Source: Octopus vulgaris (Eukaryota). From it: a stretch of DNA of 64,000 bases. Shown one piece after another: positions 26,504 to 38,290 of the stretch. Both the position numbers and the translations under genes were made by a program. A model generated the notes under the pieces. The model did not search any database and was not told the origin of the DNA. It was given only the letters and a program-made list of their open reading frames with translations. Position 1 is the stretch's first letter. Every line of letters starts with the position of its first letter. Location: the NCBI GenBank assembly GCA_951406725.2, contig OX597823.1, forward strand, positions 33,976,001-34,040,000, written 5' to 3'.

Positions 26504-26550
<47 letters not shown>

Positions 26551-26558
<8 letters not shown>

Positions 26559-26751
26559 GAAGGAGCTTCTACAGGTCTAGAACTGTTTCATTCAAGAGAA
26601 ATCATCAGGAAGCTAGTTAAAAGTCCCCCACCACCACCCCTTTAAACCTGCCTAAATGTATAAATGCCAAAACAATTCTTGTTAACTAGCTTCCTGATGA
26701 TTTCTCTTGAATGAAACAGTTCTAGACCTGTAGAAGCTCCTTCTATATAAT
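26551..26751. repeat. Perfect 70-bp inverted repeat with 61-bp spacer
   Basis: 26551-26620 is the exact reverse complement of 26682-26751. Confidence 0.95.
26688..26738 (+). ncRNA. Type I hammerhead ribozyme motif (sense strand), with identical twin on the minus strand at 26564-26614
   Basis: AGCTTC CTGATGA T TTC-TCTT-GAA T GAAA CAG-TTCTAGAC-CTG TA GAAGCT: 6-bp helix I, intact core, helix III ACAG/CUGU, GUA triplet. Helix II is weak (3 bp, closed by U-U). Confidence 0.78.
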
Positions 26752-26821
26752 AAATTAATTTTACTCTGCTATGTATTGAGTACCTTATTTACTGTGGTTA
26801 ACCCCGAATCAACCCGGGACC

Positions 26822-26874
<53 letters not shown>

Positions 26875-27275
26875 TTGTGTGTGTGTGTATGTATATATTT
26901 GTGTGTGCGTCTGTGTTTGCCCCCGTACCATCCCTTGACAACTGATGTTAGTGTGTTTACATTCCAATAACAGTTCCACAAAAGAGACCGATAGAATAAG
27001 TACTAAGCTTACAAAGAATAAGTCAACTAAAAAGATGGTGCTCCAGTATGGCCACAGTCAAATGACTAAAAACAAGTAAAAAAAAAAGAGAATATATATA
27101 TATATTAAGAGAGAGAGGCACAGGTGTGGCTGTGTGGTAAGAAGTTTGCTTCCCAACCTCATGGTTCTGGGTTCAGTTCCACTGTATGATACTCGGGCAA
27201 GTGCCTGCTACTATAGCCTCAGACCAACCAAAGCCTTGTAAGTGGATTTGGGAGGTGGAAACTGAAAGAAGCCCA

Positions 27276-27335
<60 letters not shown>

Positions 27336-27338
<3 letters not shown>

Positions 27339-27475
27339 GGTCCCGGGTTGAGTCGGGGTTAACCACAGTAAATAAGGTACTCAATACATGGCAGAGTAAA
27401 TTAATTTATTTTATAGAAGGAGCTTCTACAGGACTAGAACTGTTTCATTCAAATGAAATCATCAGTAGCTAACAG
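27336..27475 (-). mobile_element. Third copy of the same hammerhead-bearing repeat, inserted in the (TA)n of another SINE A
   Basis: Reverse complement of about 26685-26824 with scattered substitutions; core CTGATGA...GAAA CAG...CTG TA is retained. Confidence 0.82.
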
Positions 27476-27849
27476 AAAGTTTAAACTATATATAATATTA
27501 ATAGCGTTCTGTCTATCGCTATACGAATCCATCATTTTTTGCTAAAATGTCGTATTGACGAGTTTCGTTTTTTCACTTTCCCGAAGAGAAGATTGCATTG
27601 TTTATACCTTTTATTCTTTTGAATAGTATCAGTGGAATTTTCGAAACATATGTAGAAAGTAAAAATACTTGTTTAAACCTGCGTTAACTCCATTTTTTAT
27701 TCATATTATTCAAAATATTCAACGTAAACACGAAGTTTCAACCTTTATAAACAAGGAGTTACAACATCTTTACTTGTGAGATTTTTGCTGCCCTGGTAAC
27801 TATTTATTTATTTTTCCGTGTTAATTGTTAACAAGGTAAAATACACTCG

Positions 27850-27889
<40 letters not shown>

Positions 27890-28509
27890 AGTGTGTGCAT
27901 GTGTGTGTGTATGTGTATGTGCATGTGTGTGTGTCTTTGTATCTGTATTTGCCATCCTCCCCCACACCCCCAATCACAACTTGACAAATGGCGTCGGTGT
28001 GTTTACACTCCTGTAACTTGCTGGTTCGGCAATAGGGATCAATAGGATATGTGTCAAGCTGAAAAGAAATTATTACTGGGATCAATTTGCTTGAAAAGAT
28101 CTGCCCAATAAAATAAAATCCAAGTCCATGACCCACTCCTTCCCCCATAACCCACCCATGCTTACTGCTACTGTTTCCCCCCTCCCCTCCATTCTCCCTC
28201 ATGCATCTACCAACCTACAGGAACACAAGATGTACCCCACATCATACCCTCCTAATTACCCCCTACCTCTACCAGAGCCACCTTCAGCTCTCATTCTCAT
28301 ATATACATCTCTTGCCTATAACATCACAATTCTCACTGTCCTGCAATCTGGACCATCTCATGCCTCTGGTTCTCACACTCTATAACATTGGAAAATTTCT
28401 TTGATCTAGCTTCTCCTCCAACTAAATATACCTGTCACCTAACTTCTCTTCTCAGTACCTGGTACAGATCTCTGCTATACATCCCAGGCTTGTTTCTTTG
28501 TTCTTATAT

Positions 28510-29105
28510 AATAATAATGATAATAATAATAATAGTAAAACATTGTGTACAGTGCTCAGGTGCACTACAACTCATCTAAAGTGTATGTATAGTACATAGG
28601 GTAATGTACAAGCGTCAGGAAAAGAACAGTGCATGAGTCATGACATACACATATGTGTATGAGTATGGAAGGGGGACAATCAGGTGTAGTTTCGACGGAT
28701 TTCGGAAAGCATGAGGGCCTTAAAGGATGCAGTGTCATGGCAGTCAACAACTGACGCAGGCAGTTTGTTCCATGCTTCAGCAACTCTGAGCGTGAAAAAA
28801 TGTTTCCGAAAGTCATGGGAACTGTGCTGTTTTCTGACTTTGTAGGCATGTCCACGTGTGTTGGACACATGGAGATCAAAAAGGTGTTCAGTGTTGTTGT
28901 TGGTGAGGTGGTTGATAACTTTGTGGGTGTTTACCAAGTCCATCACCAGACGCCAGAGCTTCAGTGAATCCATGCCCAGGGAAACAAGGTGCTCAGAGTA
29001 TGGTAGGTGTCTGATGGAGGGTATGCGTTTGGTTGCACGTCTCTGAACAGATTCCAGGAGGTCAATATTCTGAGCAAGATAGGGGTTCCAAACTGATGAT
29101 GCGGT
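28510..29105 (-). mobile_element. CR1-type LINE 3' end
   Basis: Minus strand SSVWNPYLAQNIDLLESVQRRATKRI, then TRGHAYKV...RKHFFTLRVAEAWNKLP (ORF 28680-28973), a short 3' UTR and an (ATT)n tail. Confidence 0.92.
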
Positions 29106-29399
29106 CTATTCCACTGTTCCCCCACCATGTAACCCTAAGTCTAGTTGGGACTTTGCACCAGCCACAAATTTGGTCTTTGGCTCTCAGTAAGTTGTTCTCT
29201 CAGAACTGTATATATACACATTAAGATAACAGCTTTGTATATATACAGTATCAATAACTGCCATGTTATAAGTTACAGCATTCACCCATGTTATAATACT
29301 ATGTACAGCTATGCAGCTTTACATTATATTCTTATCAACTCAGATGTCAACATCTCCTTTGCATCTTCTGTTCGTGAAACACCAATGTTGTTGATAAAT

Positions 29400-29615
29400 T
29401 GGCAAGCTGACAGAAACGTCAGTGTGCCGGGCGAAATGTTTAGCAGTCTGTCCTTTATGTTCTGAGTTCAAATTCCGCCAAGGTCATCTTTGCCTTTCCT
29501 CTTTTCGGGGTCAATAAATTAAGTACCGGTTGCATACTAGGGTCAATCAAATCGACCGCCCCCATCCCCACCCCTCCCATGCAATTTTGGGCCTTGTGCC
29601 TAGAGTAGAAAAGAA
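29400..29615 (+). mobile_element. SINE family B copy
   Basis: GGCAAGCTGACAGAAACG...GAGTTCAAATTCC...GTGCCTAGAGTAGAAAAGAA; further copies at about 34832-35044 (-) and 54592-54770 (+). Confidence 0.85.
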
Positions 29616-30398
29616 CGTTGTTGATAATGTTGATAAGGTCAATGTGGTGAGAAGGGCAGGTATTTTTTCCCCCCTCTATCTACCTTAGGGAAGTTAAACA
29701 ACTACAAGCAAATGCTGAAATCAGCATCCAACATTATCCCCATCTCTGACCATCTGTCGCACTTTTCACACTTTTGCAAACTTATCCACCCCTTTCTGAT
29801 CCTTGTTTTCTTTTTCCCCTTTCCTCATCTTGTACCTTACTGCTCTGTCCTCACCATCTCTTTCTCTCTCTCTTTCCAACAGTTGTAGTCATGCATCTCC
29901 TCTACACCTGTTTCTGTTTCTCTCTCGTTCTTTAACACCATAACACCTTGCATAGAGCTACCTCTCTTAATATTGCACACCCTCACACAGTTGAGGGGCC
30001 TTTACTTCTGAGTTACTTGGTGACCTCACTAGTGTTGGTGCCAGGAAAAAAGTATTTTGTATATTTTGTAAAGTGTTTGGTGTCAGGAAGGACATCCAGG
30101 CATAGAAACCATGCATGAGCAGATCTTTAGTGCTTGCTGCAGTCCTCTAACTCTTCAGCTCTCGTCAAACCCTCCAACCCATGCTATCATGGCAAAACAG
30201 ACATTAGACAATGATGATAACGACTTGGGTTTTCCCTTATCTTCACTCATCTTTATTATTACATCCTCCACTCACATTCCCTGTCACACTTTTCACTCAA
30301 CTTCTCCATTTACCCTTACCTTCCACTCACTTTCTGTTACATCTTCACACACCACTCGTCACTGGGATATACAGAAAACGATGAAATGGTGAGACACA

Positions 30399-30471
<73 letters not shown>

Positions 30472-31063
30472 TGTTTCTGTAATTTCACACTGGCTTAATG
30501 AAAATATCACATCACATTGATTTTTAACACCATTCAACAACAACAACAAATGATAAAACTCAAAATATATAAAAAATGGTAGTAAACAAATAAACAAAAA
30601 AAACCAATCAAAGCTGTATATATTTTAATCAGTAAAGGTGTGGATTCTTCCAGAATGTTCTGTAATTCTGTGATATTGATAATAGAAAGTGTTTTTATCC
30701 AGTTGGTGTGTTGATTAATCCTGCTTTATGACAACTCACAGATAAAGATGATGACAAATGATTGTCTTGGAGGAATCTGTCATCGCAGTATCTTTCAGTG
30801 ATTCCAGATAAAACTTGTGTTGATACAAACTATATAGAGACAATCTGGATTAAAAGGGTGATGGTGGTGGTAGTGGTGGTGGTGGTGGCAGTGGTGGCGG
30901 ATTGGAATATATTAATCTGTGTGGGTGTGTGTGGGGATGTGGGTGTGTGTGGGGATATGGGTGTGTGTGTATGTGTATATGTATGGTTGAGTGTGGATGT
31001 GTTTTGATATGTGTGCATATGTGCACTAGGATTATTGCTCACTAAAGATTATTGTGCAAAGTA

Positions 31064-31094
<31 letters not shown>

Positions 31095-31234
31095 GCACAC
31101 ACATATATCTCACTAATATATATGTGTATATATATCTATATATATGTGTGTGTGTATATATATGTGTGTGTGTGTATATATATGTGTGTGTATGTATGTA
31201 TGCATACATACATACACACATTAATGTATGTATA

Positions 31235-31275
<41 letters not shown>

Positions 31276-32227
31276 TTTTATATGTCTATATATATGTATG
31301 TGTATATGTATGTATGTAAGAGTTTGTATAAAACTCCTACAAGACACCAGTACGATAATATAGTTATTGATTATGGAATATATTTAATCCCCATAATATA
31401 TTGGCCATGTGATATCCTATAAGATATTGTTTATCGCCAATATCAGTTATCCAATAGACTAGTTATTGATCTCAGCTGCACAAGATAATGGTTACATTAG
31501 TATTTCTTCAATGTTTTGTTGTGGAGTAGATTTGATGAAATTGACCATGGACCAAGTAAAATACAAGCTTGAACTATGTAAAAATTGAACCCAGGACAAT
31601 CTCTTGTGGCGGTCAGCATCTACCCACACCCAAAACTATTTTTCTCCCCTAATACCCTCTCACAGCTCTAAATCTATTCCTCTTATCATTCTTCACCCTC
31701 TTATCTTGATCTGTCTTTTTGTTGTCCTATTTTGCTATGTTATTTCAAATCCCACCAAGGTTGCTGTAATCAGCTTAACCCTGTTCCAATTTGTGGGGCC
31801 TTGTTACAATGCTAGTAATCCATATCAGTTTATGAAACATTCTTGGATTCTTCCATCTGATTCTTGCGACAAAAGATCTACATCTGGAACATTCCTCCTC
31901 AAAGTACAGGCCTGGGAAAGGAGTTTTATGAAAAAATCATTAGGTACCCCTGCTAGTAGGTGTTCCGTCTCTTTTCACTATTGATACTCACCAAGCAAAA
32001 CGATAAGAGCCAATACATCTAGGCACCTTTATCATCACAGGTGTTGCTCTCAGAATGCAAACAACTGGGAAAGATATCATAAGACATCTCATTCAAGATG
32101 AGATAGAAACAAATGCTTCTTGATCTTATTCGAAATATTTAATCAGGATATTATTTTGCCTCATTATTGATAACATAATCCTATTTAAATTAGAAAATTA
32201 CTATTTTTAAATCTCACAATGAGAAAC

Positions 32228-32513
32228 AGTACTTTGGAGTAAAGTTTGTTTGCCAACATAACATGGCAGTCCTGGTTTAGGATGAATGTTACTGTAATTT
32301 AGCCCCAAGGGATATTGTCTCCAGCTGGCTATATGACATGATCTGTGTTCTTATATTGTTTTGAGCTGATTGGGGCGCTAGATACCCTTGTTTGAAAATA
32401 TAAGGATACAGATCGTGTCGTGTAGCCAGTTGGAGACAATGTCTCCTGGAGCTAAACTACAACAACAGTCGTCCTAAACCAGGACTACCATGTTATGTTG
32501 GCAAACAATCTTT
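32228..32513. mobile_element. Second fold-back copy of the 11887-12185 family (arms of about 120 bp, hammerhead absent)
   Basis: tttgccaacataacatggcagtcctggtttaggatga... mirrored by ...tcgtcctaaaccaggactaccatgttatgttggcaaa. Confidence 0.8.
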
Positions 32514-32949
32514 ATAATCCTTTTTGTTCAGCAAATTGTTGATGTTCTCAAACATAAAATTCTTCAGGTTTCAAAGCCAAGAAACACTCGTTCTCAATGA
32601 AAGGCAATCTGCAGGAGAAATTTTTCCCAAGTGAAACTGGCCAAACCATCGTGGCATCCAGACACATAATGTTTCATTTCCACTGACAGAATGAATATTT
32701 CTTGCTGTTTCCTTTGCTGACCCCTTTTGAATTCATACAGCATACTGTGTCTGTTATGGTCTAATCTGAACTCATTTCAAAAGGATAAAGTCGATATGCT
32801 TATAAAATAATCTAGAGAAACAAAGGGAGAGAGAGTGAGAGACAGAGAGTAAGATAGTGAGTAAGAGGGGGGAGAGAGTGTGAGAGAAAACATTACAATG
32901 TAAAAATTGATGTTTATTTTACTGTAAGCATTGAAAAAGTATCTTCAAA

Positions 32950-33155
32950 GGTGCAGGTGTGGCTGTGTGGTAAGAAACTTACTTCCCAGCCACATACTTC
33001 TGGGTTCAGTCCCACTGTGTGGCACCTTGGGCAAGTGTTCTCTACTATAGCCTCAGGCTGACCAAAGCCTTGTGATTGGATTTGGTTGACAGAAACTGAA
33101 AGAAGCCCATTGCATGTCTGTGTGTGTGTGTGTGTGTGTGTGTCTGTGTATGTGT

Positions 33156-33194
<39 letters not shown>

Positions 33195-33387
33195 TCCTCT
33201 CCACTGCTTGATAACTGGTGTTGGTGTGTTTATGTCCTTGTGACTTAGCAATTTGGAAAAAGAGTCAGATAGAATAAGTACCTGGCTTACAAAAAAATAA
33301 ATTCTGGAGTCAAAACATTTGACTAGAAATTTTTCAAGGCAGTGCTCCAGCATGGCCACAGTCATATGACTGAAACAAGTAAAAAGA
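32950..33387 (+). mobile_element. SINE family A, full-length
   Basis: Head TGGCTGTGTGG (A-box-like) and GGTTCAGTCCC (B-box-like), CORE-like GGCACCTTGGGCAAGTG, internal (TG)n, tail CCAGCATGGCCACAGTCA.ATGACTGAAACAAGTAAAA. Confidence 0.88.
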
Positions 33388-34123
33388 TGGGAAGAAGATA
33401 AAATGATCTCATCAAAAATGTGACTGGTCCTTCTTTCCAACTCCTCCCCTCTAAATCTGCTGCCCAATGTCCTTGTCTTAATTGCTAACCACCACAATCC
33501 CTGATGAAAAATAAAGTTTACCTAGGCAGGATTTGAACTCATGATGCATAGGGTCAGAAAAACTACCACAAGGCTGTCTAGTTCAGTATTCTAATAACAC
33601 TACTAATTTGCTTATCTTATCATTCAGGTTCCATGCTTGCTAACTGTATGAGATGCTGATTTATCACATTAGGATAAAGCTACCTTGGGCTATAAGGGTT
33701 AGTATAGACCACAGTGTTTAACTGGTATTCACTATTTGTGGAATACAAGTGAATTTCAAGATTTCTGCATAGAATCAATAGATGCAGAGTAAAGGTTTAT
33801 GCAGACAAACTATTATCAGGATTGTAAGGTTAATTCTGGAAACATTAGTTGGTGTAAGAATAAACCAAGGATTTTAACTTATTCCAGAATATTCCTTTAC
33901 TTCAGATCTCCTTTAATTTTGTTCTCACCTTAAAAGTTATCTCTCTCTCTCCTTCTCGGTTGCTTACATACACACATGTGCGCACACACATAAACACACA
34001 TACACACACACCAAATCTACACTGCATTAACCACTCATTTTTCCCACATCCATCCCCACCACCACTACCACCACTACTACTACAACCATTATAGCTCTTC
34101 TTTTTCTTCTTCTTTTTCAACAG

Positions 34124-34181
34124 TCCTTCAGATAAGGAAGAACCATGTATTTTCACCCTTCTCCAAGCAGGTTTTAATAAA
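34124..34181 (+). CDS. PDE8: PDE8 coding exon C (58 nt, REC domain)
   Basis: Acceptor ttcttcttctttttcaacag|T, donor AAA|gtgagt; phase 2-0. Encodes (C)PSDKEEPCIFTLLQAGFNK, equivalent to PDE8A VDREELSVMPFISAGFTR. Absent from the ORF track. Confidence 0.92.
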
Positions 34182-35949
34182 GTGAGTAATTCTGCATGAT
34201 TTTCTTCTTCAAATATTCACCTAAAAAAAAGAGAGCACTATTATTTATAAAATATTGCTGTTGTTGTTGTTATTAGAGTTGGTATTGTTATTGTATTGTT
34301 GTTTTTTCAAATTAATCTAATTAATTCCAGAACCATTTGACACCATAAAATGTTCGTTACTACATCAAAACATGTGTTAGGGACAATTTGTTCCAAAACC
34401 TCAACCAAGTCCTAAAATCTAAAGTTCCAAAATATCGTTTTAAAAATTAATAAAATATAGACGATCAATAACAAAAAAAAAAACAATAAAATAAATGGAT
34501 ATTGCAAAAACAACTGCATTTGTAATCATATGATAACATAATATCAAGAATAAATAAACAGAAATTTTAAAAATCATTAAATAAAAATATCCTCAGATAA
34601 AGTGAAAGATCTTTATTCTGTGAACATATCAAAGATAACAGCCATTAGGATAACATTTATAATATAAACAGATGTCAGTGCATGATAAATAGTATAATAT
34701 GTAATAAATAAACAGCTAAAACAAAGTAATTAATTAAATTTTTGAGATATTTAATCAATCATTTAATTAAACTCATCATTTTTGATCTTGTATTATATAA
34801 AATAATGATGATGATGACAATGACGATGATAGTTTCTACTAAAGGCACAAGGCCTGAAATTTTGGGAGAAGGGACTGGTTGATTACATCAACCCCAGTTC
34901 ACAACTGGTACTTATTTTATTGACCCTGAAAGGATGAAAGGCAAAATTGACCTTGGCAGAATTTGAACTTTGAATGTAAAGACAGACGAAATAATGTTAA
35001 GCATTTTGTCTGGTGTGCTAACATTTCTGCCAGCTCACCGCCTTGGGTCATAGAAATATTGAATTCAAAAAGGGGGCTAAAGTTGTTGTTGGAAAGATGG
35101 AGGATAATTTTGTGAGCTTCTAGCCAATCAGATGCTGGTTGTCAAGTCTTTAATGTGTTGATGCTCAGAGAAGCAAAACAATCTGGATAAGTGAAATGGA
35201 AAAATATTTGTCTGGTTGCACATCTCTGGGTACTTTTCAGCAGATTGATTTCTTTCTTTTTGATATGTCATTAAAGGAAAATAATTCAACATGATTGCTG
35301 GTCCTTGTATGTTAATTTTAAAAACTGAATTTTTTAAAAATGTGTATTTGTGAAGTGAGACAGTCCAAAATCATTGCAGCATTTTATCACCAAGGTGGTT
35401 TATACCTTACATAACATCCTCCAACAGGATGATGCAGTCTCACAATGTCAGTAAACTCATACCAGAGACAACAAAACCTTTTTTTAGCTCTTCAGATACA
35501 TTTCTTTATTTATTTTAGTTCTCCTCCTTCTCAGCATTCAATCATTGTTGCATAGATTCAACCATTTCTCTATAGAGTTCCTTCAGTTAATTAATTGATA
35601 TTTCTCTTCTATACTTTTCAGTTTAGTTGTTCATGTCTACTTTGTTCACCACCACACACTCACACGCACACACACACACACACACACACGCACCATAGAT
35701 TGCCTAAACATACAATTTCCTCAACTACAGGCTCTGTTCTCAAACATTTCAAAATCCATTGAAGAGACATCAGATCACAGTGTTCTCTCAGCAAACTTCA
35801 AGCACTCAAAACAAAGCTCTCTTTCCATGATTTCACTATAAAATGTAACAGCATCTGCTTAATAAAGTGATCAGACCAAGACTCTTATAATGTCTAATCA
35901 AAAAACAAAGTCACTTAAAATCTGGCCTTGAATAGAGGTTTTGTATACT

Positions 35950-36155
35950 ATTTTACTTGTTTCAGTCATTTGACTGCAGCCATGCTGGAGCACCGCCTTT
36001 AGTTGAGCAAATTGACCCCAGGACTTATTCTTTGTAAGCCTAGTACTTATTCTATCGGTCTCTTTTGCCGAACCACTAAGTTACAGGGACGCAAACACAC
36101 CTGCATCGGTTGTCAAGCAATGTTGGGAGACAAACACAGACACACAAACACACAT

Positions 36156-36216
<61 letters not shown>

Positions 36217-36379
36217 CGACAGGCTTCTTTCAGTTTCCATCTACCAAATCCACCCACAAGGTTTTGGTCAGTCCGTGGCTATAGTAGAAGACACTTGCCC
36301 ATGGTGCCATGCAGTGGAACTGAACCCAGAACCATGTGGTTGGTAAGCAAGCTACTTACCACACAGCCACTCCTGCACC
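35950..36379 (-). mobile_element. SINE family A, full-length
   Basis: Reverse complement of the family consensus, with an internal (CA)n(TA)n tract. Confidence 0.88.
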
Positions 36380-36795
36380 TATACACACATTTACTGTCAC
36401 TTGCAGATCTAAGAATTGTACCAGAGAAATGGACTTTGATAAAAATGAAACTCCTGTGGCATTTGGTCCATGAGGTTAGGAAGGTGAACTGAAACGTTGT
36501 CCACTTCAAGAAAAGGTCTTCATTGAATGTCACTTACTGAGGTAGTCATATATAATGGGGGAGAACATGTTAGTCAGTCATGCAGTAAAAATGTTCTTAG
36601 TAATCCAAACCTTCAAGCTGGAAACCAAATGAACATTAAGTTTATTCTCATTTATGTTTTTTGAAATTCTGAGCTTCTTTGAGTGACACACAGGAAGTTG
36701 CTTCACCTTCAAATCCCTGAGGATAGGTAAATCTATCATTCATTTAGATTTACCTATCTTTTGAGGTATGGTTTCTATGGCTGGCTGGCTGTATG

Positions 36796-36855
<60 letters not shown>

Positions 36856-37616
36856 TCCTTCTGGAATCCTGTCTGGCTGTAATAGAGCATGTCTAAGAAT
36901 AAAACCAGGGGCAATGACTTCAATAGGATAGTGTTTTGAGCAAAACCAGGTTTTATCTTAATCTTTTTGCTATTATTTACTCTTGAAGTGGTCTGTTGCC
37001 AGATACACCTATACATACCACTTCACACACACACACACACACACAACAACAACAACAACACAAACAATTCATTCACTATATTAATCAAAAATAGTATCAA
37101 CTTTGTAATTGTAATAACATTGTTTCTCTCATTATTATTGATCATAATTATTCATTATACTTTCTTAAATACGTTGTCTCACATTTTCACTGATAAATTT
37201 TGATGTTTTGGCTACAAACAGACAGGGTTTCAGACAGCCGTTGTATGATTCATAGTTATTGTTAAAGGTTAAGTCTCAGGTATCTGTTCACTCTTTAACA
37301 TTTGATAACATACATATCATGTCTATCAACAGTTTGAAGATGCTTTGTGAGAAATTGAAATCGTGGGACTAATTTCTGTTTTCTAGTAAATATATTGGAA
37401 CTATTTTCTGTATTAACTTTCATAGTCTTAATGTTTTGTGTATACAGAAATAATTTTGTATCAAATTTAAAAGTCAAATAATTGAAATTTTTCCATCTTT
37501 TTTAAACTTTTGTAAATGGCTTTCAATTTTTTCTAAATTAACTAAAAATAATTAAATATTATGAGAATAAAACTTTTGTAAAAATTATCACACAAAATGT
37601 ATGATATATATGTATG

Positions 37617-37669
<53 letters not shown>

Positions 37670-37917
37670 GTATATATACATACATACATATATATATACA
37701 TATAAATGCAACTAAAATCTTGCAATATTTATTTTTCTCTGTGTGTCATTGAAAAATTAATGACTGTCAATTCAAAGCATGATTATCTTGAGTTTTCTGT
37801 AGAAATGGTCTCTTCCAATATTGATTATCAGTCACATAGAATTAAGTCTGAAATTCTTTCATGTGTAATCATTTACTCTAAGTGCAGCATATTTGGCCAT
37901 TCTGTGAAATAATGAAT

Positions 37918-38290
37918 TGGAAGCAATATGCTTTCTTGTAGAGATTGATATTAAAGGATTTATTGGAATTGGGGTTCACTCAATGCTAAAACTCTTGGAC
38001 TAGCTGCAAAAGAGTGAAAAGATGTTGCTAGAAAATTGTCAGTAGCCACTGAGAAAGCAAGTCATAACATCTGGTTCAAAAGAAAGCATGAGTGATGCAG
38101 CAAGAATAAGCATTAACGATGATAGAAACATCTGGCCCAGAGTCACAACATCTGACTTGACAAAGCTTGTACTTTTGTGCAGGGACTTAGTTGCCTACAT
38201 CAGGGGATGACCCCCCGCCAAGAAGCTTTGGCATTACAGTAGAAGGGACCAAAACACTTACAGAGCCACTTCACCACCTGATGAGACATC
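37918..38290 (+). mobile_element. Probable HERO-like (restriction-like endonuclease) non-LTR element 3' end, decayed
   Basis: AICFLVEIDIKGFIG and TLGLAAKE*KDVARKLSVATEKASHNIWFKR resemble the PVEVGCRGF...AAEKAS.W.W.KR C-terminus recalled for HERO elements. Confidence 0.6.

Larger units (their letters stand above)
26343..27090 (+). mobile_element. SINE family A copy interrupted in its (TA)n spacer by a hammerhead-bearing fold-back insertion
   Basis: Head at 26343-26505, insertion at about 26551-26824, tail resumes at about 26890-27090. Confidence 0.82.
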
